A DNA stretch of 64,000 bases from Candidatus Poribacteria bacterium (GCA_965218095.1 OZ244587.1:3072001-3136000); one strand, 5' to 3'. Shown: positions 1-11,377, counted from the stretch's first letter. Numbers and translations are program-made. The notes: a model not told the origin generated them from the letters alone.

Positions 1-1
1 T

Positions 2-301
2 GAATGGCAATTGGATGCATATTCCAAGATTCTGGATGTCTGCGGGGTGGAAGGTGAGTCAATTCGGTTGGAAGCGTTGTGCGAAATGCTCCCAGACCAT
101 ACCGCGAAGGTGGTTGAGTGCTTCGCCAAGCTAACCGATGGGATTGGAGATGACAACATCTACATTTATACAGAGGACGCCAAAACCATCCTGAAAGCAG
201 GGCTTAACAGCAGCGACGAAGGGGTACGTCGGAATGCAGAACGCGCCCGTGAAAACCTGCTCCGTAAGGGCAGATTTGATTTATTGGATTTGGACGATTG
301 A
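2..301 (+). CDS. 3' end of a gene running in from the left edge, product unknown (helical C-terminus)
   Basis: Open frame from window start to TGA at 299-301; protein-like composition; no recognisable motif. Confidence 0.6.
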   Translation, partial: EWQLDAYSKILDVCGVEGESIRLEALCEMLPDHTAKVVECFAKLTDGIGDDNIYIYTEDAKTILKAGLNSSDEGVRRNAERARENLLRKGRFDLLDLDD

Positions 302-580
302 CGATGATGCACAAGGTGTGGGTGAGTATCTGGGCGAGCCGGATAAGGAGAAGAAACTACTAGCGGAACTGCTGGATAAGAATCAGTAGGTCGATTTTCC
401 AAAATCGACATTCTGGTGTCGAGATATGAATCTCGACTATAAAAGCCAGGGATATAGGATTGTGCAGGGCCGTAGCCTTCCAATCACACGGGTGAACCCG
501 AATTTCGTCCCTGGCAATTGTAGTTATTATAAATGAATGTGAAGGAAATATCAAGTAAATTCCAGGTAAAATGTAACGCA

Positions 581-720
581 GTAGGGGCAGGTCTTGTGCC
601 TGCCCTTGACCCTCCCGATTTACCAGAGGTAGTTGCCCGATTTATCAGGCGGTGTAGGGGGGCAGGCTTCTTAGTCCCGATGCTTCATCGTGCCCTTGCC
701 CCTCCTCGTACCTGCCTTTG
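581..720. repeat. Cluster of GTAG-type REP-like palindromes
   Basis: GTAGGGGCAGG...CCTGCCCT twice (581, 654) plus GTAGTTGCCCGATTTATC (629). Confidence 0.6.
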
Positions 721-920
721 ACTCCGGTTTTACCGGCGGTGAAAAACCCGTAACGACTTATTACGAAATATAATATCTACTCCATGTCAACCTATCGGAA
801 ATTGACGACGAAGCTTTTGGTATCAGCCTGGAAGATAAGACGTTAAACAAACAATTCTATTTGCGTTATGATAACACTTGTGCCTAAAAAAGCTAACCGC
901 AAAACATCGTGATTTGACAG

Positions 921-960
921 TTGACAAACACGCTCCTATCGTGTATAATTATGTTTGTCA
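921..960 (+). promoter_or_regulatory. Sigma70 promoter of the recombinase, overlapped by a 9-bp inverted repeat
   Basis: TTGACA (921-926), 17 bp, TATAAT (944-949); TGACAAACA (922-930) / TGTTTGTCA (952-960). Confidence 0.75.
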
Positions 961-980
961 TCAATAGGAGGGATTTTGGC

Positions 981-1904
981 ATGAAGGCACCTGTTGCAAA
1001 TGAAAAGACAAAGGGCGTGTTAGGGCCGGTGATCCCTGAAGGTAGTGCTTGGCAAAGCCTATCGCTTAACACGCGCAGAGTCTATCAGCATGCGTACCAG
1101 CAACTCAACGCGTGGCTCATGGGCAGACTGCTTGACGATAGTCTGCTCGCGCTTTACATCGGCGAATTGGACGCCGCGGGAAAATCACCCGCAACCATCA
1201 GCCTAGTCGTATCCGCCGTCAAGTGGTGGGTAAAGACGAAGGGCATCCCCTTTTCTTACGGTCTCACCGACCTAAAACTGAAGACCATCCGCCGGGACAG
1301 TCAAGCCCCTGGTCGTGGGCAGGTGGACGGGCTGACATGGCAGGATGTCGAGCGTGTCTGCGCTTCTGCCGAAGCCGATAAAACCGTCGCTGGGCTGAGG
1401 GATTCGGCACTGATTCGGCTGATGAGCGATTGCCTATTACGAATCAGTGAAGCCGTCGCGGTAGATGTAGAGGATGTCAATAGCGTGTTGACGGTTCGGC
1501 AGTCCAAGACCGCCCCGGGGGCCGGGGACTTCCCCGATGCGACGCTATACATTGGGGCTCCCACGCAGAAGGTGATTCGACGGTATCGGGATGCAGGGGG
1601 TATCACTGATGGTGCACTATTTCGGCGGATACGCTTCCAAAAGCATGTGTGCCCAGGGCGATTATCCGTCAACGGCGCAAGGGACGCGATCAAACGCCGA
1701 GCAAAAGAAGCTGGCATCAAAGGGTTTATCTCCGGTCATTCGTTGCGTGTCGGCTCTGCACTCTCATTGGCACAGGCAGGCGCAGGTATCCCAGAAATGC
1801 AAGAGGTAGGGCGATGGAAAGATGCTTACATGCCCGCCCGATATGCCTCCGCACGGTCAGCGAAACGTAGCGCGGTTGCACGGTTCAAGTACGGTAAGCA
1901 TTGA
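981..1904 (+). CDS. Tyrosine recombinase/integrase, Cre-like
   Basis: Catalytic motifs LLRISE, HSLRVG, GRW, ARY; SD AGGAGG before ATG 981 (preferred over TTG 921, which lies in the promoter). Confidence 0.9.
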   Translation: MKAPVANEKTKGVLGPVIPEGSAWQSLSLNTRRVYQHAYQQLNAWLMGRLLDDSLLALYIGELDAAGKSPATISLVVSAVKWWVKTKGIPFSYGLTDLKLKTIRRDSQAPGRGQVDGLTWQDVERVCASAEADKTVAGLRDSALIRLMSDCLLRISEAVAVDVEDVNSVLTVRQSKTAPGAGDFPDATLYIGAPTQKVIRRYRDAGGITDGALFRRIRFQKHVCPGRLSVNGARDAIKRRAKEAGIKGFISGHSLRVGSALSLAQAGAGIPEMQEVGRWKDAYMPARYASARSAKRSAVARFKYGKH

Positions 1905-2013
1905 CGCGCTCCAAAACCTACAAACAGCGCAAAATAGCGCAAAAACAATTCTTAAAAACCCGCACGGTGTCAAGGTTCACACTGCCTGACATCTTGCGCT
2001 AAGGAGAAAAAAA

Positions 2014-3102
2014 ATGACAAAGCGCAAACGAAACCCATATCAACTGACAGATGAAGAAAAACTCGCTGTCGTTGATTTATATGCCCAATTTCAGACAACG
2101 TCGCAAGTCGTGGATCAAGTCATGAAATGGAAACCCCACGCCGCCACCGGCGACACAGAGAAAGACCGAAAAAACGTACGCGATGCGATTCGCACCTGCA
2201 ACCCCAAATCGTCTGTCTTTTCGTTTCAGATTGCACTGATGGCAAGACGCGCCGAGTACCTTGCCGAAAAGAAAGGGACCCTCGTCGCTGCCGTTTGCGA
2301 TACCGCACAGGCGTTAGCCGAGGGGCTCTCCGGCATCAAATTCGACTTTTCATCGGTTACGGTGAGCGATCTCCCCCAAATTGTTTCCGCTCTCAAAGAG
2401 ATGTCCGAGTTGATGGAAGGGATGGGAATCACCGTCAAACAAGACATCTCCCAAGCCGTTCGGTTTGGCGAAAAATTAGACCAACGTCCAAAACACAAAA
2501 TCGAAGGAATGCAGTCATCTGCATACTTAGAAACCCGCCGTGAGATGTGGGCAGAATCAGAGGCTTACGAGCTGGGCAAATCTACCCAGATTGAAACCGG
2601 CGCCGGCCGTGACGCAGAATACGTAGGCGCTGATATCTATCCATCAAACTACGTTATCCCCGATGTCCACGTGAAAGACCTCTGGGAGATCTTGGGTTTC
2701 AGCAGTGAAAACGGGAAACTCCCGACGGTCAAGCAGATGAGGGAAGAGCTCGACGATCCTGAATTGTACGAGGAAATCTATGGCGGGGACGCTGGCAGCT
2801 TTGAAGAGCGGCTTGATACCTACAGGAAGCTGCTTTCAGACGGTTGGGATTCTTACACGCCAGAAGGGAAAGATTGGCACGACAATTTTAACCGCAACAT
2901 GATCTGGGAAGGCTTACAAAGGGAGGCAAAAAGGCTGGGGATTGAAACCGCCGGCATTTACGAACGCCACAAGTTGTATGAGAAAATCGATCAAGCCAAG
3001 GGGAAACCTCCCCTGTACCTGCCTTCAGCAGAGGAAAGCCAAAACGCCTCTCCCGACAGTGATGATCCCGGCGACGGCCCACCGCCGTGTGATGGTGATT
3101 GA
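2014..3102 (+). CDS. Hypothetical protein; N-terminus loosely resembles DUF2280/terminase-small-subunit-like proteins; paralog of 55389-56351
   Basis: 362-aa ORF, SD AAGGAG; shared N-terminal motifs with the 55 kb ORF; family guess from memory only. Confidence 0.7.
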   Translation: MTKRKRNPYQLTDEEKLAVVDLYAQFQTTSQVVDQVMKWKPHAATGDTEKDRKNVRDAIRTCNPKSSVFSFQIALMARRAEYLAEKKGTLVAAVCDTAQALAEGLSGIKFDFSSVTVSDLPQIVSALKEMSELMEGMGITVKQDISQAVRFGEKLDQRPKHKIEGMQSSAYLETRREMWAESEAYELGKSTQIETGAGRDAEYVGADIYPSNYVIPDVHVKDLWEILGFSSENGKLPTVKQMREELDDPELYEEIYGGDAGSFEERLDTYRKLLSDGWDSYTPEGKDWHDNFNRNMIWEGLQREAKRLGIETAGIYERHKLYEKIDQAKGKPPLYLPSAEESQNASPDSDDPGDGPPPCDGD

Positions 3103-3274
3103 TAGCGCGTTTTTTGATTTGCTGTTGTTATTTTGGTGTCGAAGGGAAAATAACAATTGTGGCTCATGTAAAAAGAAAGTGCATGGCGCGAACAGAAACC
3201 GAGTTTTTTCTTCAAAACTCGGTTTCTGTTGCACGATTTCACAATTATTATCCGGGATCAAATCTCCCCTGCTT

Positions 3275-3386
3275 GTAGGGAACACCGATCGGTGTTCCCT
3301 ACGAAACAGAATCAGTGCCTTTGAACCTCCTGTAGTTGCCCGACTCATTGGGAGTTGCCCTTTGCGGCGATGAATCGCCGAACTAC
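3275..3386. repeat. GTAG-type REP-like palindromes
   Basis: Perfect 28-bp palindrome GTAGGGAACACCGATCGGTGTTCCCTAC (3275-3302); GTAGTT...GGCGATGAATCGCC...AACTAC (3332-3386). Confidence 0.75.
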
Positions 3387-3535
3387 AGGTCGAAGACTCT
3401 CAGAACGGAGGCTTTGAGCGTTTAACTGCGTAACTCCTAACGTTTCACATTTCACGTTTCACTTACGGTTTTTGACCGGAGAGCGTATCAACAGTTGCAA
3501 ACTAGCACCATTGGTTATTATGAGGAATCGTAACG

Positions 3536-6500
3536 ATGACTTTTCAAGAAATAATCCTCGCTTTAGAAAAATTTTGGTCTAATTACGGCTGCGTCATTCA
3601 GCAACCCTATGATATTGAGGTCGGCGCAGGAACATTCAATCCTGCGACTTTTTTACGCTGCCTTGGACCTGAGCCGTGGCGGGTAGCTTATGTCGAACCC
3701 TCGCGGCGTCCCGCTGATGGTCGGTATGGCGAAAATCCGTTTCGGGTTGGGGCTTACTATCAATATCAGGTGATTCTTAAGCCCGCACCGGCAGATGTGC
3801 TGCCGCTCTACCTTGAAAGTTTACGTCATTTGGGAATTGACCCCCGCCAAAATGACTTCCGTTTCGTTGAGGATGATTGGGAGGCGCCAACGTTAGGGGG
3901 CTCTGGACTCGGCTGGGAGGTCTGGTGGAATGGCGCCGAGGTGACCCAATTCACCTACTTTCAACAGATGGGAAGCATCGAGTTAGATCCGATCTGTGCT
4001 GAATTAACATACGGTCTTGAACGCATCGCGCTATATCTGCAAGCTGCTCTGAGTCCCGATCCAATCGGGGAGGTCGGCAGTTTCTTTGACATCAAATGGA
4101 ATGAACAACTTCTCTATGGTGACGTGCATCACCAGAGCGAAGTGGAGTACTCCAAATACCATTTTGAACACGCGGACGCTGAGACGATGTTCAACCTCTT
4201 TGAAGCCTACGAAAAAGAGGCGTTAGCCTGCTTGGAACCCGGTTTAATACTGCCGGCCGCCGATTATGTCCTGAAGTGTTCGCATACCTTCAACATCCTT
4301 GACGCCCGCGGCGTCATCAGTGTTACAGAGCGCGTGGGCTACATTGAGCGCGTCCGACGACTCGCACAACGGACCGCCCGAGCGTATGTCGCACAGCGTG
4401 AGGAGATGGGGCATCCGTTGTTGAATCGTTGGAACCCCAAGATGGAGGAAGGGAAGGATGGAAAAAAAGTCTTAGACTCTCGGTCAAAGACTGGAGGAAA
4501 GATGGAAGAACAAGCTGCAGTCGAAGCGTCTGCAGACCTGCTGCTAGAGATTGGGACGGAGGAGATTCCCGCAGGCTATATTCCGCCGGCTTTAGCTCAG
4601 CTTCGGGAGATTGCCTCCCAATCGCTTGTAGATGCTCGTCTTTCGTTTGAAGAGGCCCGGACGCTGGCTACCCCGCGACGCTTAACGTTATGGGTCAAGG
4701 GGTTGGCGACCATGCAGCCAGATCGGGGTACTGAGGTCGTTGGTCCACCCAAACGCGTTGCCTACGATGCGGACGGGAATCCCACAAAAGCGGCGATCGG
4801 TTTCGCAAAGACACAAGGTGTTAGCCTGAAAGAGCTAAAAATCGTTGAGACGAAGCGCGGAGAATATGTCGCTGCGGATAAACTCGAAAAAGGGAAATCA
4901 GCCCTCGACTTTCTGAAAACACAGATCCCTGAGTGGATTCAATCCCTAAGTTTCCCCAAAACGATGCGCTGGGATAATCTGAGGTTTGCGCGTCCGATAC
5001 GGTGGCTGGTCGCTTTGCTGGGGGATGCGGTCGTTGATTTCCAACTGGACACTCTGTGTTCGGGGGGGCAGACCTACGGTCATCGCTTGTTGAACCCTGA
5101 ATCGGTTGAACTTCCCTCTGCTTCGCTCGAAGGCTATATTGACAGTTTACGCGCGGTCAATGTGCTTGTCGATCCGGAGACACGGCGAAAAGAGATTGAG
5201 AACCAAGTCACAGACATCCTGAAAGCTGAAGGCTGTTTAACTGTAATCGATCCGGAATTGCTGGATACCGTCAATTTTCTTGTCGAAAATCCCCAAGCAA
5301 TTATGGGTAGTTTTAGCAAATCCCATTTATCTTTGCCGACCGAAGTTTTAATCACCCCCATGAAGACGCAACAACGCTACTTTCCGATGTGGCAGGTCTT
5401 GGATTCTCGGAACGGAGCTGATGGAAAGCTGGCGGCAAAGTTCATAACGATTTCCAACGGGACCGACGGCAACTTTGACGGCGTCCGTCACGGCAACGAG
5501 CGGGTCTTGCATGCCCGGCTCAACGACGCAGCGTTCTTCTACAACGAGGATCAGAAGACTTCGCTCGCGGATAAAGTAGACCGACTGCGCAGTGTTGTTT
5601 TTCAGGTGAAACTCGGTTCACTGCACGACAAGCTCACCCGATTGGAGGGGCTTGCTGCATACATCGCAGAGCAGATTAGCGTTGATGAGAACGTCAAGGA
5701 TCACATTATTCGAGCAGCATCGCTTTGTAAGGTGGATCTGACAACGCAGATGGTTATTGAATTTCCGTCCCTGCAAGGGGTTATTGGGAGATATTACGCC
5801 GAAAATTCCGGCGAACCCGATGCAGTTGCGTTGGCAATTGAGGAACATTATCAACCCATTGCCGCTGACGCGCCTATCCCGCACACCGACGTCGGGACAA
5901 TCGTTGCGCTCGCGGATAAAATTGACACCATCGTTGGGTACTTCGGTATTAATGAACGACCCACAGGCTCCCAAGATCCGTATTCACTCAGACGACACGC
6001 AATCGGAACGATACGCATCCTCCACGAGCGCAACCACCGCCTCCCGCTGACTCCCGTCATCAAGAAGGCAATTGAACTATATCGGGTTGATTTCGTCGAA
6101 GATACAAAATCTGCCGTGCTTGATTTTATCAAAGGGCGAATGGAAGTGCTTCTGCAAGGACAAGGCCACACGCCAGACCTAATTGATGCAGTCCTCGCAA
6201 CGGGTGAGGTTGATGTGATTGATATTTTAGAGCGAGCAGCAGTCCTCAAAACTTTCCGTGCGCAACCGGACTTTGGCCGGGTATATCCGGCGCTAAATCG
6301 GGTTCTGAGAATTTTGCCAGACCCGCCGCCGACGGAAATTCAGCCCGACCTTTTTCAGGACCACACCGAAAAACAGTTGGGGAAAGTTGTGGACGCCGCG
6401 GAAGCGGAGTTAAACCAATGCGTTCAGAAACGTGATTATGACAGCCTTCTAACCCGGCTTGGTGAACTTCAGCCCGCAATCGATCGGTTCTTCAATGATG

Positions 6501-6619
6501 TGATGGTCATGGCGGAAGATACTGCTGTCCGATCCAATCGACTGGCGCTGTTGAACGCTATTGCGCAAAAGGTATACCCGCTTGCCGACCTGACGAAGCT
6601 GGTGATTGCGGGGAATTAA
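3536..6619 (+). CDS. glyQS: Glycine--tRNA ligase, fused alpha and beta subunits
   Basis: GlyQ motifs ([22 protein letters not shown]) then GlyS motifs ([23 protein letters not shown]) in one ORF. Confidence 0.97.
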   Translation: MTFQEIILALEKFWSNYGCVIQQPYDIEVGAGTFNPATFLRCLGPEPWRVAYVEPSRRPADGRYGENPFRVGAYYQYQVILKPAPADVLPLYLESLRHLGIDPRQNDFRFVEDDWEAPTLGGSGLGWEVWWNGAEVTQFTYFQQMGSIELDPICAELTYGLERIALYLQAALSPDPIGEVGSFFDIKWNEQLLYGDVHHQSEVEYSKYHFEHADAETMFNLFEAYEKEALACLEPGLILPAADYVLKCSHTFNILDARGVISVTERVGYIERVRRLAQRTARAYVAQREEMGHPLLNRWNPKMEEGKDGKKVLDSRSKTGGKMEEQAAVEASADLLLEIGTEEIPAGYIPPALAQLREIASQSLVDARLSFEEARTLATPRRLTLWVKGLATMQPDRGTEVVGPPKRVAYDADGNPTKAAIGFAKTQGVSLKELKIVETKRGEYVAADKLEKGKSALDFLKTQIPEWIQSLSFPKTMRWDNLRFARPIRWLVALLGDAVVDFQLDTLCSGGQTYGHRLLNPESVELPSASLEGYIDSLRAVNVLVDPETRRKEIENQVTDILKAEGCLTVIDPELLDTVNFLVENPQAIMGSFSKSHLSLPTEVLITPMKTQQRYFPMWQVLDSRNGADGKLAAKFITISNGTDGNFDGVRHGNERVLHARLNDAAFFYNEDQKTSLADKVDRLRSVVFQVKLGSLHDKLTRLEGLAAYIAEQISVDENVKDHIIRAASLCKVDLTTQMVIEFPSLQGVIGRYYAENSGEPDAVALAIEEHYQPIAADAPIPHTDVGTIVALADKIDTIVGYFGINERPTGSQDPYSLRRHAIGTIRILHERNHRLPLTPVIKKAIELYRVDFVEDTKSAVLDFIKGRMEVLLQGQGHTPDLIDAVLATGEVDVIDILERAAVLKTFRAQPDFGRVYPALNRVLRILPDPPPTEIQPDLFQDHTEKQLGKVVDAAEAELNQCVQKRDYDSLLTRLGELQPAIDRFFNDVMVMAEDTAVRSNRLALLNAIAQKVYPLADLTKLVIAGN
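4041..4070 (+). repeat. Short palindromic element inserted in frame in glyQ (copy 1)
   Basis: AAGCTGCTCTGAGTCCCGATCCAATCGGGG, 25/30 identical to copies at 57792 and 61101. Confidence 0.8.
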
Positions 6620-6693
6620 ATAGCCAATGGGCTAGAATTTACGCTTTATGCCTTACCTTTTACGCATCACACATTAAAAAAGGAGATAAAAAA

Positions 6694-9600
6694 ATGAAAC
6701 AAAAATCAGTTCTATTTATCAGTTTTGTGCTGACAATCGGTATGCTCACCGGCTGTGCCGAGAAGGAAGATAAAAACATCCTTGAAGCACGGGAGGCAAT
6801 TGCGAAAGCGGATTACGCCGCCGCCCGGAGTGCTATAGAAACTGCGCCAGACCTTCCAGAAACTCAATCGCTGCAAGCGTTACTTCAGCTACATACCTCT
6901 TCGGGATGGAAAACTGAAGTGGCTCCTTGGCACGGAACAATTCAAAAGGTCGTTAATTATTTACAGCCGCTCAATGAGGATATAAAAAAAATGGAAGCGC
7001 AAGAAGATCCGGACTCCGATGATCTCGATCGGCTGGAGCGGCTCATCCGGTCAAGAAATTCGATTGCCGGTTTCCTCGCGAATTCGCTCGCCGAAGCCGC
7101 TGAACAAGACGTCGAGCTCCTTTCCAATTTAGTCAATCAGGTGGATTCCGTCGCGATTATGGCACTCCTGGAGGCTGAAAAATGCTTCGATCCGACACCT
7201 CGCCAAACAGCAGCGATGCTGATCCAAAAGTTCGGCAATACCCCGGCGGTTTCCAATCTACTGGTGACAGAGGCAACCCAAAACCAGGATGCAGCAATCA
7301 GAAGGCAAGCCGTCAAACATTTGGGCGATCTGAAAGATCCAGAACTTATCCCCCAATTTGAATCAATTCTCAGAAACAAAAACGAATCTCCAGATGTCCT
7401 CTACAACACAATCATTGCCGTGGAACAGATCAAAGATAAGCCGATCCTCTCCGCACTGAAACTGGCAACGCGGACGAATGCCGCTCAAGTTCGGATGCAT
7501 GCTGCAAAATTGATTGGACGCCTCAAAGCGGAAGATGCCATCGCAGATCTCATTTCCCTGCTAGCGGATTCTGATAATCATGTCAAAAACAGGGCAATCA
7601 ATGCACTGACCCAGATTGGAGAACCATCTATCAAGCACTTAATTGACGTGCTTGACTCCGGTGCACGCAATATCCTCCCAGTCCCAGACGAGAATTCAAA
7701 ACTTATAGTGGAGTATCAGTACATTGCGAACGCCTATATCGATGCGACGCGGCTGAAAAACCACCGAATCAGCGCACAAGCCGCAGCGATTCAGACGCTC
7801 GGTGCACTAAAAGCAAAGGAAGCGATTAGCCGACTGATTGATCTTTTTGAGGAGGATAATTTGCGCGTCAACGTGGTGGCTGCGTTGACAGCAATGAAGG
7901 GGGTTGCCGTTCCGCATCTCATTCAAGCCCTTCAAAATCCGAGAGATGATATCAGGATTCAGTCCGCTGAGGTGTTGAACAGCATTACGGATCTCCGAGC
8001 TGTGGACGCCCTTAGTGAAGCATTGAAGAACGATTCAAAAAAGGACGTTCAGGCCGCCGCCGCCGAAGCGCTTGGTACCATGAAAAACGCTGGCACAAAT
8101 AACGTCGCAGTTGATGTGCTGATTCAAGCGCTGGACCTGGACGATACCACTGCCACTAACGCCGCTGTCGCACTCGGTGAGATCAAGATCAGTACAGGTC
8201 AAGGGATTCAAAAACTGATTGAAATAGCATTGAACAAACGTGGACGCGAAACCGTGCGGAGCGCTGCGCTTTCTGCATTAAGTAAACTCAAGCCCCCCGA
8301 AGCCGTTCAGTCGATGCTGCTGCTGATGTTAAGTGATGAAACCAGCGCGACCACTCGTAAAGGCGCCCTGACAGCTTTGGGAGAGATTCAGGCAAAAGAA
8401 TCTGTTCGGGCGCTTTTATGGGTTCTATCGACGCGCTACGAAGACATCAAGGATTTTCAACGGCATATGAAAAGGCAGTACAAGACCCTTACGAGATTGA
8501 GAGAGGCAATTGATGCCTTGGGAATCCAATGGACAGGCGAATACGCCCAACCTGATTATCGAACATGGGGTGAATTGAAGCCGATCCCCAGTCTTGTCCG
8601 TAGTGAAGCGGCAATTTCGCTCGGCAAGATCAAAGGAGAATTACTGTTTATTAGCACTGAATTAGCAAAGTATGCGCTAGATCTGAATGAGGGCAAGTTC
8701 CCGGCAGATTTACGACAAGAGTTTAAAAATAATGAAGTCACCCTGTCTCAAAATGTCTCCGTCGTGGTTGACAAAGCAAGTGAAATCTGGTTCGTAACCG
8801 ATGAGGCCAATAAACAGCGGTACGATCTCCGGAAAGTGGTAAATCTCAACATTTATACCAGAGGGGACGAGGTATTGGAAACGCTGTTCAAGGCGCTCAA
8901 GGACGATGAGCGCGCCTCTGTGCGTCGAAGCGCGGCGTTGGCTTTGCAGGAAATTAAGGGAGAATCAGTGATTCCCTACTTAATGCGTGCGCTCAAAGAA
9001 GATAAGCAAGGAGTCGTGCGTCAGCAAGCCGCAATTTCTTTGGGCAAGATCGCAGGGGATAATGTGATTGCACCTTTGCTAACAGCCCTTAAAAAAGATA
9101 AGTATGAAACCACCCGCAAACAAGCCGCAACCGCTTTGCTTGACCTGAATCCGGAACTTGCAGATGGCGGGTTAGTCGATGTGCTGAAAAAGGGTGGGGG
9201 CGCCTTTGAAGAGGGTCATGAAGTCCAATCTGTTTTGACGCCAGTGATTGCCTCCTTAAACAAAGGTGGCACTGAAACGACTCTGAAGTTTTTACTAGAC
9301 GCGCTCAAATCCGAAGATGACGAGTGGACGCGCTGGGCGCTCGTGCATGTGATAGGAGAAATCAGTGGAACATCAACCACGGTAAAAATGACGACGGCAC
9401 AGCACCAATCCATGATGGATGCGATTAACAAAGAGTTGGAGCACCCGAACCACCTTGTTCGCAAGGAGGCAGTTGCTGCGCTTGGAAAATCCAAAGATCG
9501 AGAAGTCCTTGAAATCTTGACCAAGGTGCTTCAAGATACGAATGAGTCCAAGTCAATCCGCGCAACCGCGGCCGCGGCATTAGGTGGATTGCTTGATGAA

Positions 9601-10776
9601 TGTGGATCTGATTCGCTCCTAACTGCCCTGGATGACGAGAATGCCGAAGTTCGATTACAGGCTGCTACCGCATCAGGCGCCCTCAAGAGTGCCCATACTG
9701 TGGATAAACTGATTGGACTGCTTCAGGATCCTTTGGAAGATACATCAGTACGGGCGGCTTGTGTAACTGCGCTTGGATTGATTGGCGATAAGAAAGTGGA
9801 GGCTGTCATTCTTAACGTTTTGAGAACGGAAATCGGTGATATCTACACAAACGCGATTACAGCACTGGGACAACTTAAAAGCACGGAAGTTGTACCGGAA
9901 TTGATTGCAATCCTCGAAGATCGAAGTCTAGACATAGATCACGCAACGGCCGCCACCGTAAAGTTCTCTGCCCGTATAAAAGCCGCAGATGCGCTTGCCG
10001 AAATTGAGGACGACCGTGCCGCCGAAGCATTCGGCAGACGTCTCGTTGACGATTCAGAGTATGTGGTGACTATTCTTCCAACGGAGATATTCAACCACAA
10101 CTTCGCGTGGGAGGCGTTTGCGATAGCCTCCAAACCATTTCAGTTGCCTGACTTTGTTGTCCCCAAGATGATTGAGCGCATCGACAAGAGTGCACCGGAA
10201 GATTGGCCCATTAAAGCCGCCGCTACGATTGCGCTTGGAGGGTGTGATACCCCAGAAGCCATGTCGAAGCTCAAGGAATTGCTCACTGACCCGAAAGTAG
10301 AAGTACGCAAAGAAGCTGCACTCAGCATCGGTAAAGCTTGGCACAGTGAACTCAAGCCTGACCTTGTGAGAATCATGAAAGGTGAGACGGAAGATAATAA
10401 AGATGTGCGGCGTTGGGCAACACAGGGGGTAGGAGAACTCAGAGATCCATCAACCGTTCCGGATCTCATCGAAGTCTTCAATAACGAGATAAATCATGAG
10501 GAGATCCGTCGAGACGCCGCTTTGGCGCTCGGAAAAATTGGCACTGATGCAGCCGTAGCCCCGCTGATTAAGAAACTGAAAGTCCTTCCGAGCGAACAAG
10601 CAACTAAAAATCTGAGGCTGGACATTGTCAAGGGGCTTGCCGAAGCCAAGAATCAAACGGCTGTGCCTGTTCTCCAAACGGTTCTGGCAGATAAGGATAC
10701 TGACATCCACTTCTGGGCGGCGGATGCGCTGTTTCAGATTACCGGCGATGGGCATGGGTATCGCCGTGCGGGTTAG
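6694..10776 (+). CDS. Large HEAT (PBS-lyase-like) repeat lipoprotein
   Basis: Lipobox LTGC after hydrophobic signal; many VRxxAAxALGxI repeats. Confidence 0.88.
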   Translation: MKQKSVLFISFVLTIGMLTGCAEKEDKNILEAREAIAKADYAAARSAIETAPDLPETQSLQALLQLHTSSGWKTEVAPWHGTIQKVVNYLQPLNEDIKKMEAQEDPDSDDLDRLERLIRSRNSIAGFLANSLAEAAEQDVELLSNLVNQVDSVAIMALLEAEKCFDPTPRQTAAMLIQKFGNTPAVSNLLVTEATQNQDAAIRRQAVKHLGDLKDPELIPQFESILRNKNESPDVLYNTIIAVEQIKDKPILSALKLATRTNAAQVRMHAAKLIGRLKAEDAIADLISLLADSDNHVKNRAINALTQIGEPSIKHLIDVLDSGARNILPVPDENSKLIVEYQYIANAYIDATRLKNHRISAQAAAIQTLGALKAKEAISRLIDLFEEDNLRVNVVAALTAMKGVAVPHLIQALQNPRDDIRIQSAEVLNSITDLRAVDALSEALKNDSKKDVQAAAAEALGTMKNAGTNNVAVDVLIQALDLDDTTATNAAVALGEIKISTGQGIQKLIEIALNKRGRETVRSAALSALSKLKPPEAVQSMLLLMLSDETSATTRKGALTALGEIQAKESVRALLWVLSTRYEDIKDFQRHMKRQYKTLTRLREAIDALGIQWTGEYAQPDYRTWGELKPIPSLVRSEAAISLGKIKGELLFISTELAKYALDLNEGKFPADLRQEFKNNEVTLSQNVSVVVDKASEIWFVTDEANKQRYDLRKVVNLNIYTRGDEVLETLFKALKDDERASVRRSAALALQEIKGESVIPYLMRALKEDKQGVVRQQAAISLGKIAGDNVIAPLLTALKKDKYETTRKQAATALLDLNPELADGGLVDVLKKGGGAFEEGHEVQSVLTPVIASLNKGGTETTLKFLLDALKSEDDEWTRWALVHVIGEISGTSTTVKMTTAQHQSMMDAINKELEHPNHLVRKEAVAALGKSKDREVLEILTKVLQDTNESKSIRATAAAALGGLLDECGSDSLLTALDDENAEVRLQAATASGALKSAHTVDKLIGLLQDPLEDTSVRAACVTALGLIGDKKVEAVILNVLRTEIGDIYTNAITALGQLKSTEVVPELIAILEDRSLDIDHATAATVKFSARIKAADALAEIEDDRAAEAFGRRLVDDSEYVVTILPTEIFNHNFAWEAFAIASKPFQLPDFVVPKMIERIDKSAPEDWPIKAAATIALGGCDTPEAMSKLKELLTDPKVEVRKEAALSIGKAWHSELKPDLVRIMKGETEDNKDVRRWATQGVGELRDPSTVPDLIEVFNNEINHEEIRRDAALALGKIGTDAAVAPLIKKLKVLPSEQATKNLRLDIVKGLAEAKNQTAVPVLQTVLADKDTDIHFWAADALFQITGDGHGYRRAG

Positions 10777-10861
10777 CGTTTAATCTTGTCTGGCTTGGAG
10801 AGGAGTTACGATAAACGTACATATCACGCACCACACAAATCAGCACAAGGAGGAGAGAACG

Positions 10862-11377
10862 GTGAAGTCAAATCCCAACCGACTAATCGACCATTTTTTT
10901 GAAATGCAAAAAGAAATAGGCCGCCTTTTCGATGATTTTACGCAACCCTCTCAAGATATAACGACAGAAACCACGCATTGGCGACCGCCGATGGATATTT
11001 ACGAGACGGTCGATAACTTTGTTGTCAAGGTTGAGATTGCGGGCATCGAACCTGGCGAAGATGTTAAAATTCATCTGAATCAAAACGTCTTGACCATCAA
11101 AGGGTACCGGCAAGATCGAACTGCCCTGAAAAAAGAACACTACCACCAGGCTGAGTTAAACTATGGCCCGTTTGAGCGGACTATTATGTTGCCGAATGTC
11201 TTGGCGGAAGATGTTGAGCCGATAGCGAGTTACGAAAATGGTTTTCTTGAAATCTATATCCCTAAAGCCAAGCAGGATCGTTCAAAGGAGATTGTTGTGC
11301 AAGTCAAGAACGAGCTAGAGGCTGCGGACCTTGAGAATACAGAACGAAAGGAGCTTGATGATGGCGCCGAAGAATAA
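10862..11377 (+). CDS. Small heat shock protein Hsp20/alpha-crystallin family
   Basis: WRPPMDIYET, YGPFERTIMLP, ASYENGFLEI. Confidence 0.92.
   Translation: MKSNPNRLIDHFFEMQKEIGRLFDDFTQPSQDITTETTHWRPPMDIYETVDNFVVKVEIAGIEPGEDVKIHLNQNVLTIKGYRQDRTALKKEHYHQAELNYGPFERTIMLPNVLAEDVEPIASYENGFLEIYIPKAKQDRSKEIVVQVKNELEAADLENTERKELDDGAEE

Noticed and set aside
921-980. N-terminal extension of the recombinase from TTG 921
   Set aside because: Lies within the promoter; ATG 981 has a proper SD.
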